Shown here: one piece after another, positions 41,175 through 50,416 of the stretch
Numbering within the stretch: the stretch's first letter is position 1
Layout: each line of letters starts with the position of its first letter
Source of the DNA: an uncultured virus (IMG/VR IMGVR_UViG_3300030202_002298)
Taxonomy: Duplodnaviria; Heunggongvirae; Uroviricota; Caudoviricetes
IMG/VR virus record: IMGVR_UViG_3300030202_002298
Coordinates: 1 to 64,000 of that record
Direction: 5' to 3' (one strand)
Length of the DNA stretch: 64,000 nt
The notes under the pieces: model-generated
Database searches by the model: none
The model's input: the letters and a program-made list of their open reading frames with translations, nothing else
What the model was told of the DNA's origin: nothing
Program-made: the position numbers and the translations under genes

Positions 41175-41480
41175 CTACTTATTCGCTGCTTCTCGGAGTT
41201 TTTCTCTTACGATTCTGCTTGGAACGAACTGCATACGGTAGGTTTTGTCCCATTTTATGCGTTTTCCGTTGAGGTCTGAGCCTAATCTAGCCTTTCTATC
41301 CACCCTATTGAAGCTTCCTAGGTTGTGGATCTGTACAGTTTTGCCATTTGTAACGCTATCAACTATGTAAAACGGTAGACATTCTAGAACATGACGGACA
41401 TCTGTGATTTTTAAGTCGGTTTGTTCTGCGATTATCTCAGCTAAGTCTTTAGTGGTTGTTTTGAGGTGTAATTTCGCCAT
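41175..41480 (-). CDS. HU/IHF-family DNA-bending protein
   Basis: TTKDLAEIIAEQTDL...VQIHNLGSF...RKARLG...FVPSR. Confidence 0.85.
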   Translation of the reverse strand: MAKLHLKTTTKDLAEIIAEQTDLKITDVRHVLECLPFYIVDSVTNGKTVQIHNLGSFNRVDRKARLGSDLNGKRIKWDKTYRMQFVPSRIVREKLREAANK

Positions 41481-41687
41481 CGTTAGGGTGTCTTATGCCA
41501 GTGTCTTTGTTGACTAGCGTTTTTTCTGTGTGAACTACGCTATCAAAACAGTCATAACAGACGTTTCCGTACACTGCCCTGTCCCAATAGTAGCACTTTT
41601 TATGCTGTTCGCAGTAGTAGCATTCGTTAACGGCCCCTCTAATATCTTTTGGTAACAGTTTCATGGTGGTATTGAGGGACATAATTG

Positions 41688-42014
41688 TTATTTCCAGAGT
41701 TCTTGTTCTAGTAATGAGAGGATTAAACCGTAGTTTGCTATATCTCTGGCGTTATCTTTGATGGATTCGTTGTTAGGTTCCCCTTTTGTTTTAATTCTTT
41801 TCTGGAGAAGGTTCATCATACGTTGGACTTTGTCGTTTAACCTGATGGCAACGCCTAACATATTCATATCCCTCTCTTCAAATGAGGCTATGTTCTTAGA
41901 TCCGTAGTCTTGTTGCTTCTTATCAAACAGAAGTACGCAGGACATGGATTCGTGTAGGGCTTTGTTGCCCATATCTGTCTTTAGTTGGTTTTGGTAGTAT
42001 TTTATATCTGTCAT
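41688..42014 (-). CDS. DUF1599-like (nucleotide-modification-associated) protein
   Basis: KKQQDYG...IRLNDKVQR...ESIKD...DIANYG. Confidence 0.7.
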   Translation of the reverse strand: MTDIKYYQNQLKTDMGNKALHESMSCVLLFDKKQQDYGSKNIASFEERDMNMLGVAIRLNDKVQRMMNLLQKRIKTKGEPNNESIKDNARDIANYGLILSLLEQELWK

Positions 42015-42331
42015 AACGCTTTTAAAATTGCATCTGAGTCTAACATATTCCCTTCATTATCTTGTAACGCACCAGCTTCTATAACTAATTCAAGTCCATG
42101 ACCGTGGAAGAATGATAGTAGTGAAGTTAGTTCTGATATGTGGTCCATGTTTTTTAGTTTTACTATTTTAGATGTTATAAGTTTTCCGTCACAAATAATG
42201 CCGTGGTGTCTAGCTATCCGATAGTCTTCTACAGCCATTTCGATCATGGCACATAACAATCTCCTTATTCCGTGTTCATCTAGCCACGGGTGATAATGGA
42301 TAAAACCTTGTGTATTCTGGTTTAAATTCAA
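42011..42331 (-). CDS. Hypothetical protein
   Basis: ~100-aa ORF coupled between the helicase and the DUF1599-like gene. Confidence 0.5.
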   Translation of the reverse strand: MNLNQNTQGFIHYHPWLDEHGIRRLLCAMIEMAVEDYRIARHHGIICDGKLITSKIVKLKNMDHISELTSLLSFFHGHGLELVIEAGALQDNEGNMLDSDAILKAL

Positions 42332-43601
42332 ATTCTACATCCTTTCCATTCGCACCATTCCTGTTCTTTGCTATGTAGAGGTTTATTCTTTTATGTAGTC
42401 CCGTGTATGAGTCATCCTCTGCTGGTTCCCATAGAAACATACAGCAATCTGCATCCTGCTCTATGGAGCCTGAATCTCTTAGATCTGATAGTTGTGGTCG
42501 CCTATTGTCCCTACCCCCTTTTTCTACGTTTCTGTTAAGCTGTGCGGCTGCAATTACGGGAACATTAAGCTCTGCTGCCATAAGTTTAAGAGATCTACTG
42601 ATTTCAGATACAACTTCATACTTACCACCCTTTCTGGATTCTTTGCTGCCTTGAATTAACTGTAGATAATCAACGATAATAACCCTGCATCCATAGTTTT
42701 TTACATACCTTCTAGCCTCTGATCGGAGCATATTAGGTGTTAAGTCGGTCCTGTCATTTACGAACATTGGTAGCAGTCTTACTTCAGATGACTTGGAGAT
42801 CTTAGTGAAGTCTTGTTTTGATAAAGTCCCACGATAAACATAGTTCATATCAATCTCTGCGTGAGCTGCCATTAATCGCATACCTAGTTCTTTTTTAGTC
42901 ATTTCCAGACTGAACATAGCTACTGGGCTACCAGACACTAAAATGTTGTGTGCAATGGACAGAGCCATAGCTGTCTTACCTTGTCCTGGTCTACCTGCTA
43001 CGATGTAAACTCTTCCGTCTTGAAGTCCTCCAAGTGCATTATCTAATTCAGGAAACCCAGTTGGTATTCCCCAAGGAGTATCGGTCTTGTTATTGTACCT
43101 GTCTTCAATCTCCCCGATGATTTCTGGGATGGTTTCCTTTAAAGATTCATCTGTGGTTTTGCCTACATGATCTTGCATATCTAGGACGAAGGTTTGTAGT
43201 CCTGATAACATATCATCTATCTCGCCCACATTAGCCGCTGAGACAGCCTCCTGAGCGTTTTCTAGTTTAACCTTAGTCTGTCGTCGGGTCTTAAGTAAAA
43301 ATAGCTCACGGAGCCAATATGAAGCATTGTGCTTGGTTGGTGCATTGTCTTCCCAAGCTGTTAATGATTGCATACCCCCAATTTTATCCAGAAGGTTTTG
43401 GTTTCTTAATTCATAAACCACCTTTTGAGTATCAATGTCTTCACACCTTTCATGCATTGACTCTAGGATCTCATACACTCTGTGATGTTTAAGTTCGTAG
43501 AACCAAGATCCATCTACACCTGCGGCTATGCATTCTTCTATTCCTCCCAGTAGACAAACTCCAATTAGCCCTTGTTCTGCTTCAAGATTGTATAAGCTCA
43601 T
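42276..43601 (-). CDS. dnaB: Replicative DNA helicase
   Basis: AGRPGQGKT, FSLEM, IVDYLQL, AQLNR, DLRDSGSIEQDAD, AKNRNG. Confidence 0.97.
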   Translation of the reverse strand: MSLYNLEAEQGLIGVCLLGGIEECIAAGVDGSWFYELKHHRVYEILESMHERCEDIDTQKVVYELRNQNLLDKIGGMQSLTAWEDNAPTKHNASYWLRELFLLKTRRQTKVKLENAQEAVSAANVGEIDDMLSGLQTFVLDMQDHVGKTTDESLKETIPEIIGEIEDRYNNKTDTPWGIPTGFPELDNALGGLQDGRVYIVAGRPGQGKTAMALSIAHNILVSGSPVAMFSLEMTKKELGMRLMAAHAEIDMNYVYRGTLSKQDFTKISKSSEVRLLPMFVNDRTDLTPNMLRSEARRYVKNYGCRVIIVDYLQLIQGSKESRKGGKYEVVSEISRSLKLMAAELNVPVIAAAQLNRNVEKGGRDNRRPQLSDLRDSGSIEQDADCCMFLWEPAEDDSYTGLHKRINLYIAKNRNGANGKDVEFEFKPEYTRFYPLSPVAR

Positions 43602-44445
43602 TCCTCTTCCTTTCTTCTATCATCTGTCTTCTAAGTTCCTCTGCTCTTGCTGGGTTCTCTATCTGCATTCTCCTGTACTCAGCCATCTTCTCTCTTTTTG
43701 CGTATTCATCCTTGTTTACTGCCCTGTCTAAATTTCTATCAAAGTTGCTTGGTCTGAACAGGCAGGTTGGGTTTAACCACTTTGGTTCATTGGTGGTCCC
43801 TTTAAGTTCCTCAGTCTTATGTTCAATCACTAGGATCATATCCTCCATAGAGTGACCTTCCCTTAGTCTTGCTCGTATGGACTCAAGGTTCTTTGCACCT
43901 CTAAATCTTTTACCTGCTATCGTATTAAACTTATTCAGAACCTCTCTAGCATTCCTATTGATAACCTTGTCAGTCTCAGACTCTTCACTAGAAGCAATTT
44001 TAGATTCAGAATTTCTATTGTTCACATCATCATCTATATATCTTCTTTCTTCTTTCTTCTTGTTAGTGTCCGGCGATGTGTCCGGCAGTGCGTCCGGCGA
44101 TGTGTCCCGCGATGCGTCTGGGTTCTCTTGGTACGATGACCAGTTTAGTACTGATATTACTGTCTTTCTTGCGTACATTTTGCGTCTGATCATTGAGTCC
44201 TTTTCCATCGTGTTAAAAATGTTGTTTACGGTGTCCTTATTTATGTCGAAAAACTCGGCAACTTTACGACAACTGCACACCAAATCACCGGGGCAAAGCG
44301 TCCTGTCTTCGCCAGCGATTCGCATGACATATGGCTTGTGAGATGCTTTAAGCAAAAGGTAACTCCAGACAGCTAGGAAAATATGGTTAGAGGCATTTGG
44401 ATTATCCAACACCTTGCGGAAAATTTTGACATAGCCATTACTCAC
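43582..44445 (-). CDS. Phage replication initiator
   Basis: GYVKIFRK N-terminus, HTH, C-terminal WLNPTCLFRPSNFD; precedes dnaB. Confidence 0.8.
   Translation of the reverse strand: MSNGYVKIFRKVLDNPNASNHIFLAVWSYLLLKASHKPYVMRIAGEDRTLCPGDLVCSCRKVAEFFDINKDTVNNIFNTMEKDSMIRRKMYARKTVISVLNWSSYQENPDASRDTSPDALPDTSPDTNKKKEERRYIDDDVNNRNSESKIASSEESETDKVINRNAREVLNKFNTIAGKRFRGAKNLESIRARLREGHSMEDMILVIEHKTEELKGTTNEPKWLNPTCLFRPSNFDRNLDRAVNKDEYAKREKMAEYRRMQIENPARAEELRRQMIEERKRNELIQS
44066..44125. repeat. Five imperfect 12-bp direct repeats (G[T/C]GTCCGGCGAT), putative origin iterons
   Basis: Units at 44066, 44078, 44090, 44102, 44114, next to a TCTT-rich tract (44035-44062). Confidence 0.7.
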
Positions 44446-44675
44446 CTCTTGTTGAAAATTCTCTGCCAGAAGGTTCTCTTTTTATGCCAATCCTCTTTGT
44501 TTCTTGAGGATCTTCTTGCTGCAATATCTAGTTCCCTATCTGTAAACATAAACTTTTTCTCAATCCCTTTTTCCACCAGGATAACGAATTTATATTTATT
44601 GTTTGCACTAGAACGAGCATCTGTATTTACAGTTTCCGTTAGTTCTCCTATATCGACTTTCATAATAAATTAGGA

Positions 44676-44786
44676 GGTCGGGGTGTTAAATGAGAGGCGT
44701 TGACGGGAAAGCAATAAATCCGTCACGGTAGAAAGCACAAACCTTACACCTTGCCCAAGGCTCTCCCTTGGTTCTATTCCCCGACC
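44676..44786 (-). other. Intergenic multi-branched structured element (possible cis-regulatory RNA)
   Basis: GGTCGGGG/CCCCGACC closing stem; internal TGACGG/CCGTCA and CCAAGG/CCTTGG stems. Confidence 0.5.
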
Positions 44787-45233
44787 AAATCTCATCTGTT
44801 CTCCATATGCCTTTGCACCTCTAATACTGCGAAGCTGGCTGAGTATGAATAGTGCCTCTTCGCTTCAATTGGGTTCATCTTTGATGTTAACGTATAAACC
44901 CAGCTATTTAAGGCTGCTAGTATGGTTCTCTTGCAGTTTGTTTCCATATAGGCCATCTCCTTAGCTATCTCCTTGTAAACGTCTTCAAGGCGTATCCTCG
45001 GCCTCATTCTGTGTTTCCTTTTGTTTCTCGTTCCACTCATGGCATTCCACGGCGAACAGGTGTAGTCTTTGATAGAGATTACCTAAGTATTCATCTACCG
45101 AATCAAATCCCAAATCACTCGCAGCTCTGCCTAGGTGTGGAATTTCTTTTTCTCTTATTGGTGTTTCTGGTTTTTTTGCCATCGGCTAATTCTCCAATTC
45201 TTATTAATGTAAAGTACCCGTAATTTCCCGGCT

Positions 45234-45554
45234 TCAGAGTAGACTGATCCACCATCTCATCGCCGCCTTGTTGTCCTTGAATAGAGTGCATAATCCTGTT
45301 CCTACTTTTCTTGCTATATCTTCGTCTTTTCTAAAATTGATTGCCACTGAATGATTCAATGCGTGAATACACTCATGCAGAAATGTGTCTGCGATTGCTT
45401 GGTTAGACATTGTTTTACAAATTACAATGATCTGATTGTCATAGTCGCACCACCCATCAGCTTCGGCTGCTTCCCTTTCGGTTGCTTCAACGAACTTTAT
45501 TTTATAAGTGAAATTTAAAATCTTAACTTGTCTGGGGGGTCTTGGTTTATTCAT
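45234..45554 (-). CDS. Small HExxH metallopeptidase-like protein
   Basis: GWCDY...TFLHECIHAL. Confidence 0.7.
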   Translation of the reverse strand: MNKPRPPRQVKILNFTYKIKFVEATEREAAEADGWCDYDNQIIVICKTMSNQAIADTFLHECIHALNHSVAINFRKDEDIARKVGTGLCTLFKDNKAAMRWWISLL

Positions 45555-45889
45555 AGATGATCTCCTCTTACTAATCTAAAAAAGTCATCACAAGTCATTC
45601 CTATCATCCACGGGTGGCGATCCTTGTGTAAGGCTGCTATTGCAAACTGTTCTGTCTTCTTGTCTCTGATAGCTTGTTCAACAGCATTCCATAGATGTGG
45701 TCTTGCTCCTGCTTTAACTTCAAAATGAAACAAAGGTAATGAAGCACATATGACATCAGGTACTCCTTCGCTTATCGCATTAAAATTGCCAGCCACTTGT
45801 GCAGTCCTATGAGCTGGGTATCCTTCATTGGTGCAAATACTTGCCCACGCTCTTTCATTCACTGCTCCTTTATTCCTAGAATTTATCAT
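45551..45889 (-). CDS. PD-(D/E)XK Holliday junction resolvase-like protein
   Basis: NSRNKGAVNER...PDVI...HFEVK. Confidence 0.75.
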   Translation of the reverse strand: MINSRNKGAVNERAWASICTNEGYPAHRTAQVAGNFNAISEGVPDVICASLPLFHFEVKAGARPHLWNAVEQAIRDKKTEQFAIAALHKDRHPWMIGMTCDDFFRLVRGDHL

Positions 45890-46140
45890 GTGATAACTCT
45901 GTATGTGTTTTCTTTTTCTTTCTCTTTTTCAATGTCTGCAAACCCGTCATTAACCTGTGCCCTAATAGCCTCTAACTCTTGAGTGATTGATTGGTTATCT
46001 AATTCAGTTAATCTCAATTCCAGTTGTAGAATCATTTTGTTAAGTATGTCCTTGTTCATAAATTAAACGTCCCGCCTCATTTTATGTTTACGCCGATAAG
46101 CCCTTGTGGGAAGGGACTTGAAGTTAGAGGCGAGACTAAA

Positions 46141-46368
46141 TTATTCATTTTCAACAAATCTCCTTATCGCAAATCTAAAACAAAATAATCCAACCACTAG
46201 CGAGATTAATTGAATAAAAAACCGTAACGCTCCACCTTGTAGAGATTCTTGCATTTGGTACGGATCAGCGAACATCACTGCAAAGATTCCTATGACGATT
46301 CCTATGAGGAACATTATTGCCAATGTTGATACAATAAATACGATGTATGATATAATATATTTACCCAT
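46141..46368 (-). CDS. Two-TM membrane protein
   Basis: 75 aa with two hydrophobic segments. Confidence 0.6.
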   Translation of the reverse strand: MGKYIISYIVFIVSTLAIMFLIGIVIGIFAVMFADPYQMQESLQGGALRFFIQLISLVVGLFCFRFAIRRFVENE

Positions 46369-46637
46369 GTTATTTTTCTAAATTTGTAACTCTAACTTTT
46401 CCATGTTTTTAAAAATTCCTCTGGTGTTAATCCGCTCTCCTTGAACTTTCTAATCATAGGCCCATCTCTGTAGTCTGGATCAAATCTCCCTTGTAGAACC
46501 TTTAGTCTTACTTTTTTTGTAATCTGCTGATTAAGTGAAGCTAACCCCTGTATTCTTTTTCCATTAGGGCCAACCGTATCCTTCATTGACTCCAGCCCGT
46601 AGTGACCACTCTCACCGATTTTAGGTATGTCATCCAT

Positions 46638-46898
46638 TTATCTGGACTCCAGCTTCTCTTCTAATTTGTTGATGGTGTGAAGACAGTCCCTTACGAACAC
46701 CTCAGAATCTTTCGACGCTCTTACTGCATCTTGAAATCCTTTAGGGTGTCTCTTTATTAATTCGTGAGCGTTCTCGAACTTCGTCGTTATGCACCCGCTC
46801 GTCATTACCAGCGAGAGCATTAGCGATAGCGTCATCCACCATTGCATCCTTCTTTTTCCTCCTGACCTCTGCATTTGATTTTTTAACTTTTTGTTCAA
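46638..46898 (-). CDS. Lipoprotein (o-spanin-like)
   Basis: KRR, hydrophobic stretch, then lipobox MTSG|C; overlaps the upstream gene out of frame. Confidence 0.55.
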   Translation of the reverse strand: MNKKLKNQMQRSGGKRRMQWWMTLSLMLSLVMTSGCITTKFENAHELIKRHPKGFQDAVRASKDSEVFVRDCLHTINKLEEKLESR

Positions 46899-46959
46899 AG
46901 AACTTTACGATCTTACTTAGTAAAGGGACTGCCTTCATAAAGGCCCATAGCCAGTTCAT
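46741..46959 (-). CDS. N-terminally hydrophobic protein (i-spanin-like)
   Basis: MNWLWAFMKAVPLL followed by a charged helix. Confidence 0.45.
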   Translation of the reverse strand: MNWLWAFMKAVPLLSKIVKFFEQKVKKSNAEVRRKKKDAMVDDAIANALAGNDERVHNDEVRERSRINKETP

Positions 46960-47333
46960 TAGAAACCGCCTGTGTCAGTGGGTGCAGGTTTAGGTGCGGA
47001 GTCAGCTTTACTTCCACAGAAACCACAGCTCTCAACGTGAATTATATTCTTAGACCGATTATCACCTGACTGTTTGTCTACCCACTTCTCCGTTCTTGTC
47101 TTACCTCTGAACCAGATCTGCTTACCTTTCTCAAAGTGCTTTTGGATAAACTCAGCATTCTTTCCAAACGCTTTAGCTTCTTGAAACGTAGGATCGTCTA
47201 CCCAGTTATCTCCTTCTTTTTTCTGCTCATTGATTGCAATGGAGAAGGAAGTAATACTAAACCCATCTTTTTCGATAGTCTCAGGATCTCTAGTTAAGTT
47301 CCCCATCATGTGGGTCGAATTTAATGTTGCCAT
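46959..47333 (-). CDS. ssb: Single-stranded DNA-binding protein
   Basis: MGNLTRDPE...FSIAIN...FGKNAE...KGKQI.F.G...W.DK. Confidence 0.92.
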   Translation of the reverse strand: MATLNSTHMMGNLTRDPETIEKDGFSITSFSIAINEQKKEGDNWVDDPTFQEAKAFGKNAEFIQKHFEKGKQIWFRGKTRTEKWVDKQSGDNRSKNIIHVESCGFCGSKADSAPKPAPTDTGGF

Positions 47334-47338
47334 ATCTG

Positions 47339-48220
47339 TTATTTTATTAGTTTTTTCTTACACTGAAGCCGATAAAACGACTCTCCCCGCTTCATTATTT
47401 TTTCTGCGGGAAATTCCTTACCTGAAAATATCTTGCGTAGTTTGCTTGATGATACCGTACAGGCTTCTAAAAATTTTTCTTTAGCTTTCTTACCGTACTC
47501 TTTTTCAAGTGCAGGTTTACAAGCCAGCCATGCTTCCTTTAAGTCAGGAGCAATTTCTCTTCCTCTACATTTAGAATGTTTATAGTTGGGCAACTCGTTT
47601 CCAGCTTTAATGTGTGCCACTCCAAGCTCTTTAACTTTCTTACTCCAGACTGAAACTAGATCTCCAATAATCATTGCCTTACTAAGATCTTCAGATGATT
47701 CAAATTTAGTGGGCAACCCAGAGGAAACTATTGAAACTATTTCGTGATTAACTGCTTCACACTCAGCGAGATTCTTGCACCATTGGCAGTTCTTATTTGC
47801 TCTTGGCTTCACACCTGGCGTAAGTCTCTTTGCTAGGATCTCCATGATCTTCGCTTTAGCTTTATCGTATGTAGTGTTCCAAGTGTAGTGGTACTTCTGA
47901 TCTTCCCAAACTAAATGAAGTGTAGCGTTATTGTGATCTGTTATTCTTGGCCACTTACCATCTCTAGCTTCATCTAGTAACGCTAAAGCATATCCCTCTT
48001 GCTGGGCTATGTGATCTTCATTAGATCCCCACCCTGTCTTAAGATCCGAAACATGAAGTTGTCCATCAACCGATCCATGAAAATCAACGTGACCGAAGTA
48101 TAAATCTTGAAAGCCAGCTTGTGATTCACAGTGAATGAATTCATCACCGTAAATACTATTAAGAGTATCAACAGAAAATTGTAACTCTTCGTCAGTTACT
48201 ACTTTTAGTCCCGTCTTCAT
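47339..48220 (-). CDS. Cas4-like/DUF2800 PD-(D/E)XK exonuclease, C-terminal part
   Basis: GHVD...DLKTG...QQEGYAL...CQWC.....C; has its own SD AAGGAG. Confidence 0.75.
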   Translation of the reverse strand: MKTGLKVVTDEELQFSVDTLNSIYGDEFIHCESQAGFQDLYFGHVDFHGSVDGQLHVSDLKTGWGSNEDHIAQQEGYALALLDEARDGKWPRITDHNNATLHLVWEDQKYHYTWNTTYDKAKAKIMEILAKRLTPGVKPRANKNCQWCKNLAECEAVNHEIVSIVSSGLPTKFESSEDLSKAMIIGDLVSVWSKKVKELGVAHIKAGNELPNYKHSKCRGREIAPDLKEAWLACKPALEKEYGKKAKEKFLEACTVSSSKLRKIFSGKEFPAEKIMKRGESFYRLQCKKKLIK

Positions 48221-48404
48221 TAAAACCCAGCTCCTTGTTTCTTTGGGTGATTACTCTTTCTAAAAGCTCATGCCGCTGTGTTCCCCTTTCAGCAGCTTCA
48301 CTAGTTCCTCCCCTGTTTGTGAACAATGCACAGAGTTCCCACTTACCAAAGTTACTAGGACTTTGTGGATGATGTGGTCTTTCTCTGTGCTGTGTATCAG
48401 GCAT
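48192..48404 (-). CDS. Cas4-like/DUF2800 exonuclease, N-terminal part
   Basis: SPS...WELC...SEAAERGTQRHELLE. Confidence 0.65.
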   Translation of the reverse strand: MPDTQHRERPHHPQSPSNFGKWELCALFTNRGGTSEAAERGTQRHELLERVITQRNKELGFNEDGTKSSN

Positions 48405-48805
48405 TGCTTTTGCTAAAAAATTTGTCCTGTTGTTTGTGCGATCTCTACAACTTGAGCAGCATTAAGAGGTTTCAATTCTTCGCAGTGTCTTTTAACAACA
48501 ACACATGACCTTATGCCAATTTGATTAAGAATATCTGTAAGTATTTCATTTACCATTTTAGTAGATGGCTTAACTCCATTCTCTCTCATCTCTTTTCTGA
48601 TTTCTAATTTGAGAGCCTGTTTGTTTATGAAATTATTAGGATGCACTAAATTGCCTCTCTCTTCTTTTGGCTTTGGCTTGATCTAACTTGTCACTTGTCT
48701 TAAGCCTGTCTTTCATTTCGTAGTATCCTAACTTCTTGTTGAGATTCTTGATTTCTCTTTTGAGTGCTTTAATTTCAGCCTGACAAGCATCTCCATACTC
48801 CATTA

Positions 48806-49459
48806 TTATATCCCTAGTGTCTTGCATACTGCCTCTATGTTGTTGATTAATAATTGACGCTCATTGTCCTTAAGATCTCTGAAAGTTTGGCCTTGCTTGA
48901 TGTAGCCTTTGCCTATGCAATACTTGTTAACTTTATCCTCTTTAGTACCAAATCTAAGCTGGCAGCTAACTACCCAAGCTGGAGGTGAAACCTTCTGAGG
49001 TGTAACATGAGCAGTAGTTCGAGACTCTTGAGGTTCTTCTGGGGCAGTATCAGGCAGATCCTCTCCTGCGTAGATGTAATGACCGAGTCCGAACAATGCT
49101 AAACACTTTACTAAACACCGCATTGTAGTGTCGCTAACCTGTCTTGAATTAGGATTCTTAATCGGGTTATTGCGATTATCCATTACAGGTAGCCACATTA
49201 ACCTCCGAACATTCTCAATAATTACCTCTACCCATACGGTTGCAGTCCCATCAGGAAGGATCTCATACGGATACATCTTTGTTGCATTGCTTGGGTCTGA
49301 GAAATACTTAACGTCAAACTCTGTGTCGGGATAATTCTCCATAGCGATACCCCATGCCCATGCCCATGACAGGTATTTAAGCCCCATCTTCTTATCAATC
49401 TGATCGGTGCAATCAATTTTACTCAATTTACCCCATATATCTTTGTGTTTTGTTTCCAT
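48806..49459 (-). CDS. DUF1071/Sak-like single-strand annealing protein
   Basis: LKYLSWAWAW...MWLPVMDNRN...MRCLVKCLALFGLGHYIYAGEDLP; likely start ATG 49459. Confidence 0.85.
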   Translation of the reverse strand: METKHKDIWGKLSKIDCTDQIDKKMGLKYLSWAWAWGIAMENYPDTEFDVKYFSDPSNATKMYPYEILPDGTATVWVEVIIENVRRLMWLPVMDNRNNPIKNPNSRQVSDTTMRCLVKCLALFGLGHYIYAGEDLPDTAPEEPQESRTTAHVTPQKVSPPAWVVSCQLRFGTKEDKVNKYCIGKGYIKQGQTFRDLKDNERQLLINNIEAVCKTLGI

Positions 49460-49460
49460 T

Positions 49461-49637
49461 TTATCCTGTGTATTTGCGTATATGATCTGGCCTAAACCGT
49501 AGAGTAGATCCAATTTTGTAGCCTTTAAGATTTCCTTTATCCAAATGCCTATATAAAGCGGATTGTGATATATTAAGAAATTTACAGACTTGCTTTGCTG
49601 TCATCATAGGCTCTGGTTCTGTACTGAAAGTGGTCAT
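49461..49637 (-). CDS. xis: Excisionase-type HTH_17 protein, 58 aa (not in ORF track)
   Basis: MTTFSTEPEPMMTAKQVCKFLNISQSALYRHLDKGNLKGYKIGSTLRFRPDHIRKYTG. Confidence 0.75.
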   Translation of the reverse strand: MTTFSTEPEPMMTAKQVCKFLNISQSALYRHLDKGNLKGYKIGSTLRFRPDHIRKYTG

Positions 49638-49799
49638 TCTTCAAAATACTTTCTTACNNNNNNNNNNAGCCCTGATAAATTCTGATTTCTTTCCATTAAA
49701 CAGCCTAGATCCAGCCGTAATTAGCTGGTCTGTATGTGGGTCAACAGCGAATCCCCTAATCCGATCTTTTAAAATTTTCTCTTTCTTTGTTTGCTGCAC
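49634..49799 (-). CDS. Small RHH-like regulator (Cro-equivalent), interrupted by an N gap at 49658-49667
   Basis: GTG start; IRGFAVDPHTDQLI...KKSEFIR[gap]VRKYFEE. Confidence 0.5.
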
Positions 49800-49964
49800 G
49801 GGACAAGTGTTACCATATCTTTTAATAACACCACAATATCTTTTTTTAGTGATGGTAACGATTCTTTTAAAGAAAATGTTGACACCTGATAAAAACCCTT
49901 TATTTTCGCTTCAGGTTGTTAGTATTTTTAAAAGAAAAAAAATGCACTTGAAAATCAACCACAT

Positions 49965-50306
49965 ATGAAAACTAAAAAGAAACAGCGACAATTTAGATGC
50001 ACAGACACGCTATATAGTTTGGTGGAAGCTGCGTCTAAGGAAGCTGAAATGAGCGTGAATGAGTGGGTGTTATCCGCTATTCGTACCCAATTAAAGGAGG
50101 GTGTTCATGGAGAGGGGCTTGATGTTGATAACGTATCAGAGCTGGCAACGGCACAGGCGATCAATAATTACAGTCAAAGCAATGAAAAAGCTGCTGAAGT
50201 TTTAAAAGCGGCAATTGAGAAAACAGATAAAATATTTGAATTATCAAGGGAGAGGTTAGAGAGATCTCTACAATTGAAACGAAATCAAGAAAACAATAAA
50301 AAATGA
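49965..50306 (+). CDS. Ribbon-helix-helix (Arc-like) regulator, candidate repressor
   Basis: QRQFRCTDTLYSLVEAASKEAEMSVNEWVLSAI; TTGACA at 49879 upstream. Confidence 0.65.
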   Translation: MKTKKKQRQFRCTDTLYSLVEAASKEAEMSVNEWVLSAIRTQLKEGVHGEGLDVDNVSELATAQAINNYSQSNEKAAEVLKAAIEKTDKIFELSRERLERSLQLKRNQENNKK

Positions 50307-50416
50307 ATAGTTCAAGTAACACTCGCAATAAACGTATGGCTATCGCTATTAATAAGCGGTACGAACATAATAAGATAAAAAGTAAGAGAAAATTATAGTA
50401 CAAAACACAAAACATA

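Noticed and set aside
48222..48228. G GGT TTT as a -1 slippery site joining the split exonuclease
   Set aside because: A -1 shift meets TAA immediately; the downstream ORF is in the +1 frame.
49630..49968. 112-aa plus-strand ORF spanning the N gap
   Set aside because: It crosses an assembly gap and the divergent promoter region; the minus-strand RHH/Xis reading is more coherent.
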